The notes under the pieces were generated by a model that searched no databases, was not told where the DNA came from, and saw nothing but the letters and a program-made list of their open reading frames with translations. Source: Clostridia bacterium (GTDB taxonomy: Bacteria; Bacillota; Clostridia; Christensenellales; QALW01). From it: a DNA stretch of 64,000 nucleotides. Location of the stretch: positions 3,699-67,698 of the forward strand of contig JAZRYL010000078.1 in assembly GCA_045600705.1 (NCBI GenBank). The letters run 5' to 3'. Position 1 is the stretch's first letter; the number at the start of each line of letters is the position of its first letter. The position numbers and the translations under genes are program-made. Positions 1-8,893 of the stretch are shown here, piece by piece.

Positions 1-1685
1 TGGATCATATTGCCGACGGTGAAAGTGTTTGGAAAGTCGACATAAGCAGTATTTCTGTTGATAATTCGCAGTGCCTTTGCTTAACTTTTAGAATATCTGA
101 ATCGGAATATGAGAATGAAAGATATGTAATTTGCACGACACTTGACGGAGTCAATTTTACAAAAATAGAGTTTCCGTATCAATTCGAAGGCAATCCGGAT
201 GAGCTTTGGTATCCAACGTCAAATGCTCCGCACATTGAAAATTTTCAATCAACATATTTTATGTATAGTCCGGGATGTGATGCTATATATACATCTACCG
301 ATTTGAAAAATTGGAAAAAACACAATGAGCCGACTGAATTTAAGGGCATGGGATATTCAATCTTCCAAATAACAGAAAAAAGAGTTTATTTTATGTGCAG
401 TGATTATAATGGCCCTACTCCTGAATATAGTTCGGCAACAGGTATTTATTTTACTGACGATTTTGAACATTACACGCCGATAATCGAAAAAGCATATCCT
501 CCTAACGGAAGTAATTTGCCAAAATGGTGGTATGTAGCACAAGAAAAAGTGATGCTTGACGAAAATAGTTTCGTTATTCTTGAAACTGAACTTCCGTCTG
601 ATTATGTAGCTAATTGCGCATCTTACGGAGATAATTATTATTTAGACGCAAAACTTATGGTCTACAATGAAAATGACGGAACGTTAAGTGAAATTTATTC
701 GTGGAAGAATAGCTTCGGAAGTATAGGAAAATACTGGTATAATTTCCATTTTGAACACAATATTCAAATGTATTGTGATGAGCAAGGATATCCTATATTA
801 TCATCGTTTGACTCGGAAGGAAATGTTTTAGCAAGGTATGAGTTACCGTATAGTATTGAAACTATGAGGGGTGGATTTACAGATAGAAATGATGAAATTG
901 TAGCGGAGGTGCTACCTCTTAACGATGGAAAAAAACTATATGTATCCTATGATTATGGTGCTAATTATTATGAAATAGATCTTCCTGAAGATGTTGTGAA
1001 AAACGGAGCAAGGCTCGTTACATATATTGGAGAAAAGGTTCTTTTGATATCCGACAAAATATACGTTTGCGACTTTGAAGATATACTTTCAAAATCAGAT
1101 AGCTATATTGCACTTAAAAACAAAAATATTAAGGTTGAGGGAATCGGCAATACTGTGTTTGATAAAGAAGTATCGCTGTTAGTCGTTGACAAAGGACAAG
1201 ATATACCTGAAAAAATGAAATATCAATTCGAAAATAAAAATTATTGTTTGTATGATATTTCACTTTGCAAAAATAACGTTGAAATCCAACCGGATGGATA
1301 TGTTGAAGTATCTATTCAAATTCCTGATAATATGAATGGCAGTACGTGTAAGGTATATCATATTGATAAAGATAATAATCTTGTTGATATGAAAGCAACC
1401 TTTAAGGATGGAATATTGACGTTTATCACAAACCATTTCAGTAATTATCTTGTGGTTGATGAAAAAGACAGACTCGTCGGCGATATCGACAACGACGGCA
1501 AAGTTACACCTGCCGACAGAGTGATTTTATCACGTTTCCTTGCAAATTGGGACGGAGTTACTATTACCGATACCTATGCCGCCGACATCAACAAGGACGG
1601 TAAAATTACGGCAATCGACCGAATTATTCTTTCACGTTATTTGGCTGGCTGGGACGGCTACGAAAAGTATTTTAGCGCAAATTAG
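1..1685 (+). CDS. Dockerin-containing secreted protein, 5' end truncated by the window edge
   Basis: Frame 3 is open from nt 3, with no stop before the ORF-track Met at 261, so the gene starts upstream of the window. The C-terminus carries two dockerin-type Ca-binding repeats (DIDNDGKVTPADRVILSRFLANWDG and DINKDGKITAIDRIILSRYLAGWDG). I cannot assign a family to the N-terminal part. Confidence 0.75.
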   Translation, partial: DHIADGESVWKVDISSISVDNSQCLCLTFRISESEYENERYVICTTLDGVNFTKIEFPYQFEGNPDELWYPTSNAPHIENFQSTYFMYSPGCDAIYTSTDLKNWKKHNEPTEFKGMGYSIFQITEKRVYFMCSDYNGPTPEYSSATGIYFTDDFEHYTPIIEKAYPPNGSNLPKWWYVAQEKVMLDENSFVILETELPSDYVANCASYGDNYYLDAKLMVYNENDGTLSEIYSWKNSFGSIGKYWYNFHFEHNIQMYCDEQGYPILSSFDSEGNVLARYELPYSIETMRGGFTDRNDEIVAEVLPLNDGKKLYVSYDYGANYYEIDLPEDVVKNGARLVTYIGEKVLLISDKIYVCDFEDILSKSDSYIALKNKNIKVEGIGNTVFDKEVSLLVVDKGQDIPEKMKYQFENKNYCLYDISLCKNNVEIQPDGYVEVSIQIPDNMNGSTCKVYHIDKDNNLVDMKATFKDGILTFITNHFSNYLVVDEKDRLVGDIDNDGKVTPADRVILSRFLANWDGVTITDTYAADINKDGKITAIDRIILSRYLAGWDGYEKYFSAN

Positions 1686-1793
1686 CATTATTCTTCCGTA
1701 ACAAAAAAATTCCTAAATAAACTAATTGCAAAAAATCAATAAAAATGCTAAAATAATAAATAAGTTAAAAATTTAGTGAATTAGGTGGACTTT

Positions 1794-3443
1794 ATGGAAG
1801 AAACAAGAAAGAATTTCGTTCAGGAAATCGTCGAAAGCGATATTGAAGCAACCGGCGGAAAGTTAAACATTATTACCCGTTTCCCGCCCGAACCCAACGG
1901 ATATTTGCATATAGGTCACGCAAAGGCGATTTGCGTTGATTTCGGAATTGCAAAAAAATACGGCGGAAAGTGCAACCTTCGTATGGACGACACCAACCCT
2001 GCAAAAGAGGACAATTTCTACGTTGAGGCGATAAAGAAAGACGTTGAATGGCTTGGATTCCACTACGATAATCTTTGCTATGCGGCTGATTATTTCGAAG
2101 AAATGTACAATCAGGCGATCGTTCTTATAAAGAAAGGTCTTGCGTTCGTGTGCGATATGAACGCCGACGAAATCAAGGAAAGCAGAGGAACTCTTACCGA
2201 ACCCGGCAAGAACAGTCCTTACCGTGACAGATCCGTTGAAGAAAACCTTGATCTGTTCGCCCGTATGCGTGCAGGGGAATTCGAAGACGGTGCAAAGGTG
2301 CTTCGTGCGAAAATTGATATGGCTTCCCCTAACATCAATATGCGTGATCCTATTATTTACCGTATTCTTCGTATGGAACATTACCGCACGAACAACGATT
2401 GGTGCATTTATCCCATGTACGATTATGCTCACCCCATTGAGGATATGATGGAAAACATTACCCATTCAATATGCACGCTTGAATTCGAAGATCACCGTCC
2501 GCTTTACGATTGGGTTGTGGCTAACGTTGATTTGCCCGCAAAGCCCAGACAGGTGGAATTCGCACGTCTTAATATGACAAGAACCATTATGAGCAAGCGT
2601 TACCTTAAAAAGCTTGTTCAGGAAAATTCCGTAAGCGGTTGGGACGACCCCCGTATGCCCACTATCGCAGGACTCAGACGCAGAGGCTATACTCCTGCGG
2701 CGATCCGTGATTTCTGCGAAAGAATAGGCGTTGCTAAGAGTAATTCCGTTGTTGAAGCATCGCTTCTGGAACATTGCGTTCGTGAGGATCTTATGGACAA
2801 AACAGACAGAAAAATGGCTGTTATGGATCCCATAAAGCTCATTATTGACAATTATCCCGAAAACGTAAGCGAAGTTCTTCTTACCGAAAACGGCGGCGAC
2901 GAAACTAAGGGTTCAAGAGAAATTACGTTCTCACGTGAACTTTATATTCAAAGCGAAGACTTTATGATCGACCCGCCTAAGAAATTCTTCAGACTTTTCG
3001 TTGGCGGCGAAGTTCGTCTTAAATCCGCTTACATCGTTAAGTGCGTCGGCTATGACACCGACGAAAACGGTAAAGTTACCGCTGTTCACTGCGAATACGA
3101 CCCCGATACGAAGTCCGGCTGCGCAGGCGCTGACAGAAAGGTCAAAGGAACTCTGCATTGGGTTGATGCAAATAATTCCATTCCGTGTACGTTCCGCCTT
3201 TACGACTTCCTGCTTGACGACCGTGAGGGCGAAGGCCTTGATTTCTCTGAACGTGTTAATCCCGATTCGCTTATCGTTAAAAACGGCTTTATCGAAAAAT
3301 CGCTTGAAAATGCAAACGTAGGTGATTCGTTCCAGTTCATCCGTGTGGGATATTTCAGAAAAGACGAGGATTCCACGGACGAAATGCCCGTTTATAACAG
3401 AATCGTCGGTCTTCGTGACAGTTGGGCAAAGGCAAATAAATAA
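1794..3443 (+). CDS. glnS: Glutaminyl-tRNA synthetase
   Basis: Class I aaRS motifs are present: [18 protein letters not shown] (HIGH) and IMSKR (KMSKS-like). The stretch [20 protein letters not shown] closely resembles E. coli GlnRS. The ORF-track start at GTG 1785 overlaps the AGGTGG Shine-Dalgarno, so ATG 1794 is the likely start. Confidence 0.9.
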   Translation: MEETRKNFVQEIVESDIEATGGKLNIITRFPPEPNGYLHIGHAKAICVDFGIAKKYGGKCNLRMDDTNPAKEDNFYVEAIKKDVEWLGFHYDNLCYAADYFEEMYNQAIVLIKKGLAFVCDMNADEIKESRGTLTEPGKNSPYRDRSVEENLDLFARMRAGEFEDGAKVLRAKIDMASPNINMRDPIIYRILRMEHYRTNNDWCIYPMYDYAHPIEDMMENITHSICTLEFEDHRPLYDWVVANVDLPAKPRQVEFARLNMTRTIMSKRYLKKLVQENSVSGWDDPRMPTIAGLRRRGYTPAAIRDFCERIGVAKSNSVVEASLLEHCVREDLMDKTDRKMAVMDPIKLIIDNYPENVSEVLLTENGGDETKGSREITFSRELYIQSEDFMIDPPKKFFRLFVGGEVRLKSAYIVKCVGYDTDENGKVTAVHCEYDPDTKSGCAGADRKVKGTLHWVDANNSIPCTFRLYDFLLDDREGEGLDFSERVNPDSLIVKNGFIEKSLENANVGDSFQFIRVGYFRKDEDSTDEMPVYNRIVGLRDSWAKANK

Positions 3444-3571
3444 TTTTTCACAGTTATACATTATTTGTATTTTTTTAATGTTTTAAGAGTATTGACATTG
3501 AATTGATAATATGTTAATATATTCGTATGATAATGCTATTTTATTAAAAAAAGAAATTAAGTGAGGGTTTT

Positions 3572-4699
3572 ATGAAAAACAAAATTTTGTTTAGAGCATG
3601 CTCAATCGTTATTATGATTGCAATTTTCGCTTCATGCTTGTCAATGATCGGTTTTGCAAGAGCTGATATGAAGATGTCTGTTCAGGCGGCTTCTGCTGAA
3701 GTTGACACCAAAAACGGCGGCACAGTTGACGTTCCCGTAAACGTTTCGGGAAATGTAGGCTTTATCAGCGCAATTTTTAAGGTTGCATACAACAGTACCT
3801 ATTTTACTCTTGATAAAGTTACTGTCGGCAAAGACTTTTCTAAAATGACTAACGCTTCACAGGAAATCAGCACAGCCAAGCCTGCGGCTAACCCCTATAC
3901 CGTTTCTCTTGAGGGCGACACGCTTGATGCTGATATTACCGCAAACAGTACACTTGTTACTTTGACATTCAAGATTAAAGCGGGTACTCCCGAAGGTAAG
4001 TATGACGTTACGATCAGCGATGCTGAATTTGTAAATTACGGATTAAAAACCGTTTCCGTTGCTACCGAGAATAACGTAGTTACCACTACCGAAGCATTTA
4101 CAATGTCATTCCCCGACGTTACAGATGAAACTGCTTGGTACTATGCTCCTATCGCTTATGCCGTTAAGAACAACATTTTCAGCGGATATGCAAGCGGTCC
4201 TTACAAGGGATATTTCGGACTTTCCGATAACATTCAGCGTCAGGACTTTATGGTAACATTGGCAAAATATTCTAAGGAAGATTATAACGCTTTTGCAGGC
4301 GGCGGAAAATTCTCCGATGTTGACCCCGCCGGATACTATGCAGGCGCTGTAAACTGGGGAGTTTCAAAGAGCATCGTTTCCGGCTATCAGAACGGCACGT
4401 TCGGTGTAGGCGATAACGTAACGAGAGAACAGCTTGTACTTTTCTTCTACCGCTATGCTAAGTATAAGGGATATAACGTAAGCGTAACCACCAATGCTGC
4501 TTATTGGCAGAAGAAATATTCTGATTTCAATACTGTAAGTGACTGGGCTCAGGATGCAGTTATCTGGGCATTGGAAAAAGGAGTTATCAGCGGAAAGCAG
4601 GGCTTGTACGTTGATCCGCAGGGTAATGCAGAACGCTGCCAGGTCGCAGTTATCTTCTACAACATTGACTCAAAGGGAATTTTCAAAATGCCCGTTTGA
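3572..4699 (+). CDS. Cell-surface anchoring protein with a signal peptide, one cohesin-like module and three SLH repeats
   Basis: The N-terminus is a hydrophobic signal peptide. A cohesin-like beta-sandwich pattern follows (GGTVDVPVNVSGNVGFISAIFKVAYNSTYFTLDKV...VTLTFKIKAGTPEGKYDVTISDAEF). Three SLH-like repeats come next (FPDVTDETAWYYAPIAYAVKNNIFSGY, FSDVDPAGYYAGAVNWGVSKSIVSGY, FNTVSDWAQDAVIWALEKGVISG). Confidence 0.7.
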   Translation: MKNKILFRACSIVIMIAIFASCLSMIGFARADMKMSVQAASAEVDTKNGGTVDVPVNVSGNVGFISAIFKVAYNSTYFTLDKVTVGKDFSKMTNASQEISTAKPAANPYTVSLEGDTLDADITANSTLVTLTFKIKAGTPEGKYDVTISDAEFVNYGLKTVSVATENNVVTTTEAFTMSFPDVTDETAWYYAPIAYAVKNNIFSGYASGPYKGYFGLSDNIQRQDFMVTLAKYSKEDYNAFAGGGKFSDVDPAGYYAGAVNWGVSKSIVSGYQNGTFGVGDNVTREQLVLFFYRYAKYKGYNVSVTTNAAYWQKKYSDFNTVSDWAQDAVIWALEKGVISGKQGLYVDPQGNAERCQVAVIFYNIDSKGIFKMPV

Positions 4700-4717
4700 T
4701 AAAACAGCATAACATAT

Positions 4718-4752
4718 AAATCCGAGATGAAAATCTCGGATTTTGCTTTTTT
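4718..4752 (+). terminator. Intrinsic terminator
   Basis: Stem TCCGAGAT, loop GAAA, stem ATCTCGGA, followed by TTTTGCTTTTTT. Confidence 0.85.
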
Positions 4753-4888
4753 GTGAAAAAACGGGTTAAAAGAAGTTCTTGTTTTGCTTTACCGAAAAAA
4801 TTGTATATAATTTCAGCAAAAATATAATTTTTCGGTAATCAAATACATATTTATATAAGTTTTACTGAATTTTTTTGCAAAAAAATGC

Positions 4889-4917
4889 TTGACACAAAAC
4901 AGCATAGGCAATATAAT
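4889..4917 (+). promoter_or_regulatory. Sigma-A type promoter (TTGACA-17 nt-TATAAT)
   Basis: Perfect consensus -35 (4889-4894) and -10 (4912-4917) hexamers with a 17-nt spacer, just upstream of the lysine riboswitch. Confidence 0.75.
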
Positions 4918-4929
4918 TAAGAAAAATTG

Positions 4930-5098
4930 AATCGCTTGGATAGAGGCGCAATGCTCAATAGTATCAAAAGTGATGCAGGAAAGTGCATTTTTGAGAAAGG
5001 GCGCATTGCCGAAGGGATGCGACAAAACCTGAAAGTTCGCATTGACCTGGGCCGTTGGGAAATACTTAACGGACTGTCACATAATTCTTTGTGAAGCG
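4930..5098 (+). promoter_or_regulatory. Lysine riboswitch (L-box) aptamer
   Basis: Hallmark L-box blocks occur in the correct order: GATAGAGGCGCAA...AGTA...GGAAAG...GAGAAAGGGCGCATTGCCGAAGG...CCTGGGCCGTTGGG...GGACTGTCA. This closely parallels B. subtilis lysC (ATAGAGGTGCGA...GCCGAAG...GGCTGTCA). The aptamer boundaries are approximate. Confidence 0.85.
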
Positions 5099-5152
5099 CT
5101 ATCGTTATAAAACCGCAAATTCGTTTAACGGATTTTCGGATTTTGTAATTTC

Positions 5153-5183
5153 AGAACCGCTTGACAAAGCGGTTCTTTTTTTA
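5153..5183 (+). terminator. Riboswitch expression-platform terminator
   Basis: AGAACCGCTT, loop GACA, AAGCGGTTCT, then TTTTTTT. It lies between the aptamer and the transporter start codon. Confidence 0.85.
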
Positions 5184-5207
5184 ATTTATTTGAAAGGTGG
5201 AAAACCG

Positions 5208-6998
5208 ATGAAAAGATTTAGAAAGCTTTTGGCAATCGCAATTTTGATCGTTACCTGTATTACTGTTTATACAGTTACGCTCAGCGTTGCCGCACAAAGC
5301 GAAGACGAACCTGCAGACGTTGCAGGCGTAACCGCAGTAAGCGCAGAAGCGGTTGAAGATGAGGCAGATTACACTGATTACGACACTGCCGCAGAATATC
5401 TTGACGCTTACACAACAAACAGTAACGAAGATGAGAATTTTGAAGAAAATTCCAAAGTTGCACTTGAAACCGTGAGAGAAGAAATTCCGTTGTATGCAAC
5501 ATTCTGGGCACTTGTTCCTCCGGTAGTTGCTATCGTGCTTGCACTTATTACAAAGGAAGTTTATTCTTCGCTTTTCGTAGGTATTGTTATCGGCGGACTT
5601 CTTTCCGCTAACTTCAACGTAACAAGAACCGTTGATAATGTTGTTTCAAGCGGATTTATCAGCGCTGTTGAAGGCACTGCCGGTATCTTCATTTTCCTTG
5701 TTATCTTAGGCGCATTAGTTGTTCTGTTCAACAAATCCGGCGGTTCTGCTGCATTCGGACGTTGGGCAACAAAGAGAATTCATTCCAAAGTAGGCGCATC
5801 ACTTGCGACATTTGCTTTAGGCGTTTTGATTTTCATTGACGTCTATTTCAACTGCCTGTCAGTTGGCTCGATTATGCGTCCCGTAACAGACCGTCAGAAC
5901 ATCTCACGAGCAAAGCTTGCATACCTTATTGATGCTACCGCTGCTCCCGTTTGTATGATTGCACCCATTTCTTCATGGGCAGCCGCAGTTGCTTCGTACG
6001 CAGAAGAAGGTCAGGGCCTTGCATTGTTCATCAAAGCAATTCCTTACAACTTCTATTCACTCTTGACTTTCGTATTCATTATCGGTCTTACTCTTTTGAA
6101 CTTTGATTACGGCCCGATGAAGCTTCACGAAGCTAACGCCGCTAAGGGCGACTTGTTCACATCCGGTCAGGACAACATTCAGCAAGAAGAAAAGGTTGAA
6201 TCCAATCCCAAAGGAAAGGTTATCGACCTTATACTTCCCATTCTTGTTCTTATCGGAATTTGCGTTGCAGCACTTGTTTACGTTGGTAACGGAAACAGTT
6301 TCGCAGATATGGATTTTATTCAGGCATTCTCGGATACCGACGCTACCGTAGGTCTTCCTTGGGGTGCACTTATCGCACTTATCGTTGCTATCATTTACTA
6401 CATCTGCCGCCGCATTATCAACTTTAAGGAAGCTATGGAAAGCATTCCTGCCGGCTTTAAGGCAATGGTTTCCGCTATCCTTATTCTTACAATGGCAACG
6501 GCTCTTAAGAATATGACTTCACTTTTAGGCGCAAAGGTATTTGTTGCTCAGCTTATGTCAAATGCCGCCGCAGGACTTGCTTCATTGCTTCCTGCAATTA
6601 TCTTCATCGTTGCTTGCGTGCTTGCTTTTGCAACGGGAACATCTTGGGGTACATTCGGTATTCTTATTCCCATTGTTACCGCCATCTTTGCTTCACCCGA
6701 CCAGGCAGAACTTCTTACCATCGGTATGTCGGCTTGCCTTGCAGGTGCTGTTTGCGGTGACCACTGCTCACCCATTTCGGATACGACCATTATGTCTTCC
6801 GCAGGTGCACAGTGCAATCACATCAATCACGTTTCGACTCAGTTGCCCTATGCAATTACGGTTGCAGCAGTTTCATTCGTAAACTTCATTATTGCACCGT
6901 TCATTCACAACTGGGTAATATCACTTGCTATCGGCGTTGTAATGATGGTTGCTGTATTGTTTGCAATCAAATTCGTTACAAAGAGCAAGAAAAACTGA
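5208..6998 (+). CDS. NhaC-family Na+/H+ antiporter-like transporter (candidate lysine transporter)
   Basis: Polytopic membrane protein carrying the NhaC-family block WALVPPVVAIVLALITKEVYSSLFVGIVIGG. The true start is ATG 5208 after GGTGGA. The ORF-track start at 5091 reads through the riboswitch terminator. Confidence 0.7.
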   Translation: MKRFRKLLAIAILIVTCITVYTVTLSVAAQSEDEPADVAGVTAVSAEAVEDEADYTDYDTAAEYLDAYTTNSNEDENFEENSKVALETVREEIPLYATFWALVPPVVAIVLALITKEVYSSLFVGIVIGGLLSANFNVTRTVDNVVSSGFISAVEGTAGIFIFLVILGALVVLFNKSGGSAAFGRWATKRIHSKVGASLATFALGVLIFIDVYFNCLSVGSIMRPVTDRQNISRAKLAYLIDATAAPVCMIAPISSWAAAVASYAEEGQGLALFIKAIPYNFYSLLTFVFIIGLTLLNFDYGPMKLHEANAAKGDLFTSGQDNIQQEEKVESNPKGKVIDLILPILVLIGICVAALVYVGNGNSFADMDFIQAFSDTDATVGLPWGALIALIVAIIYYICRRIINFKEAMESIPAGFKAMVSAILILTMATALKNMTSLLGAKVFVAQLMSNAAAGLASLLPAIIFIVACVLAFATGTSWGTFGILIPIVTAIFASPDQAELLTIGMSACLAGAVCGDHCSPISDTTIMSSAGAQCNHINHVSTQLPYAITVAAVSFVNFIIAPFIHNWVISLAIGVVMMVAVLFAIKFVTKSKKN

Positions 6999-7013
6999 TA
7001 TAAGCAAATAATA

Positions 7014-7056
7014 AAAGGCTTATCTGCATTCTTATGTTTGCGGATAAGCTTTTTTA
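7014..7056 (+). terminator. Intrinsic terminator
   Basis: AAGGCTTATCTGC ... GCGGATAAGCTT hairpin followed by TTTTT. Confidence 0.75.
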
Positions 7057-7085
7057 ATTCTTGCAGAGTCAAAACGGAGGAGAAA

Positions 7086-7562
7086 ATGTTCAGACCAATA
7101 AGAAGAAAGAAAAACGAAATAAGCATAGAACAGTCAAAAGCATTGCTTGCGTCCGAACGCAGGGGAATACTTGCACTGAACGGCGACGACGGATATCCCT
7201 ACGGAATTCCCATAAATTATCTGTATTGCGAAAACGAAAACAAAATTTATTTTCACGGCGCACGGGCAGGATATAAGGTAGATTTGTTAAAGAAAAACGA
7301 TAAAATTTGCTTTACCGTTTACGGAAATGAAACTTTTGGGGAAGAAAAATGGGCACCGTACGTCCAAAGTGTTGTGGTGTTCGGAAGATGCAGATTCGTT
7401 GAGGACCAAAGCAGGGCAATCGAACTTGTACGAAACCTTGCAAAGAAGTATTATACTGATGACGGGTTAATTGAAGAAGAAATTCTTTCTGCCGGAAAAG
7501 CGGTGCAGATGTTTGAAATAGAAATCGAACATTTCAGCGGAAAGCAGGTTCAGGAAAGATGA
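7086..7562 (+). CDS. Pyridoxamine 5'-phosphate oxidase-fold protein, Nim (5-nitroimidazole reductase)-like
   Basis: The N-terminus MFRPIRRKKNEISIEQSKALL..RGILALNGDDGYPYGIPINYLY..KIYFHGARAGYKVDLLKKNDKICF matches the Nim/PNPOx family pattern. A GGAGGAG Shine-Dalgarno precedes ATG 7086. Confidence 0.65.
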   Translation: MFRPIRRKKNEISIEQSKALLASERRGILALNGDDGYPYGIPINYLYCENENKIYFHGARAGYKVDLLKKNDKICFTVYGNETFGEEKWAPYVQSVVVFGRCRFVEDQSRAIELVRNLAKKYYTDDGLIEEEILSAGKAVQMFEIEIEHFSGKQVQER

Positions 7563-7564
7563 AA

Positions 7565-7610
7565 AAATCCGATGAAAGGGAGCTTTAAGTCTTTCATCGG
7601 ATTTTGTTTT
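7565..7610. terminator. Bidirectional intrinsic terminator between convergent genes
   Basis: 14-bp stem AAATCCGATGAAAG / CTTTCATCGGATTT, flanked by an A-run and a T-run. Confidence 0.8.
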
Positions 7611-8892
7611 ATTTATAAATGATTTCAAGAACGGTATATTTTCCTATCGACTTGGGAAGCTCAATATTTTCGTAGGTTTTCTTTTCGTTGATAACCTTGC
7701 AGGAAATAACGTTTTCCACATTGATGTCAAGCCGCTTTGATTTGCCGGAGCAGTTTGCAATCACGATGCACTTGTCGTTCTTGCCCTTTGCGGCAACGGC
7801 ATAAACGTTTTTATCGGAAACGGTAACATCAAGCTGATTTTTGCGCTTGTAAAGTTCGTTAAACGCCTTGAAGCCGTAATAAAGCTTAAACGGCTCTCTT
7901 GTAAGGGGATTGAACAGTCCGCCGTACACACTCGGTCCTATTCTTGCATCGTAGAACATTGTGGAATCAAGAGGGGTGTTTTGAGCGGCAAGGAGAATAC
8001 CGGTGTTCATTGCGGCGTGTTCCGCAGTGCCTCTTTTTCCGGGAATACAGTGCCACTCGTTCATTGTGGTTTCCGTATTTGTGAAGCCCTCCTCGTCTAA
8101 GCGCTTTCTTGCGTAGTTTGCACAAATTTCAACTTCCTTGGGGCCGTTGTAGTTATGCCACGAAAAGAAATCAAGGGGACAGTTGTTTTCCTTGCACATA
8201 GTAAGGAATTTATTGAAAAATTCGGTGTAATAAACTAAATCGTCGTAGTAGGGGTGACTTCCGTCGTTTTTGGTGTAAAGGGAATAAAATCCGCAGCTTG
8301 CATAGCCGCCGATTTTGAGCTCGGGGAATTTCTCTTTCAAATATTTTGAGGAAACCTTGTAGAGTTCAAAATAGTCGTTCATATCACCGCTCCACATTTG
8401 GTTTGCGGCAGGGTCTTTGAAGTTTTCGGGTTCGTTCCAAATTTCCCAATAGCGAATGTTAAAGTGAAATCCGTTTGCCCAACCGTAGTTGTAGTGCTTG
8501 ATTATGCCCTCGCAGATTTTCGACCATTTAAGGCTATCACTTGGGGGATCACGGAAATACGATTTTATTTTGTGATAGTTTTCAATTGTAACGCCCAAAC
8601 GGTAGAAGGGTTCAACACCGTAAGAGTCAAGTGCTTTAAGCAATTCGTCGGTAAAGGCGAAATCGTAGGAAGCAGGGTCTTCCGGGTCGGCATTGAAATC
8701 ACGGAAAATGTAGGGAATATCCACTATTCCGTTGAAATAGTGTGCCAAATCGTGAAGCCGTGAAAAGGGAATTCCCGCATCTTTAAGATACTGAAAACAG
8801 GAAAAATTCATTCCGTAAAACGGAGGCATACCTACGCCGTGCATAGGCTTGATTTTGCCGATTTTTTTGTCGGAAACAACAATTTTTGCCAT
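7609..8892 (-). CDS. Glycoside hydrolase, clan GH-A (GH39-like)
   Basis: YWEIWNEPEN is an acid/base NEP motif and TTMNEWH is a candidate nucleophile. No signal peptide is present. The family assignment is tentative. Confidence 0.5.
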   Translation of the reverse strand: MAKIVVSDKKIGKIKPMHGVGMPPFYGMNFSCFQYLKDAGIPFSRLHDLAHYFNGIVDIPYIFRDFNADPEDPASYDFAFTDELLKALDSYGVEPFYRLGVTIENYHKIKSYFRDPPSDSLKWSKICEGIIKHYNYGWANGFHFNIRYWEIWNEPENFKDPAANQMWSGDMNDYFELYKVSSKYLKEKFPELKIGGYASCGFYSLYTKNDGSHPYYDDLVYYTEFFNKFLTMCKENNCPLDFFSWHNYNGPKEVEICANYARKRLDEEGFTNTETTMNEWHCIPGKRGTAEHAAMNTGILLAAQNTPLDSTMFYDARIGPSVYGGLFNPLTREPFKLYYGFKAFNELYKRKNQLDVTVSDKNVYAVAAKGKNDKCIVIANCSGKSKRLDINVENVISCKVINEKKTYENIELPKSIGKYTVLEIIYK

Positions 8893-8893
8893 A

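Noticed and set aside
1686-1793. Possible T-box leaders upstream of glnS (and asnS at 13660-13721).
   Set aside because: The leaders are only about 60-100 nt. They contain no T-box sequence (AANNNGGGUGGNACCGCG-like) and no terminator/antiterminator pair.
5091-5207. N-terminal 39 codons of the ORF-track call for the NhaC-family gene.
   Set aside because: This stretch covers the riboswitch 3' end and its intrinsic terminator. A good Shine-Dalgarno (GGTGGA) precedes the internal ATG at 5208, which begins a typical signal/TM segment.
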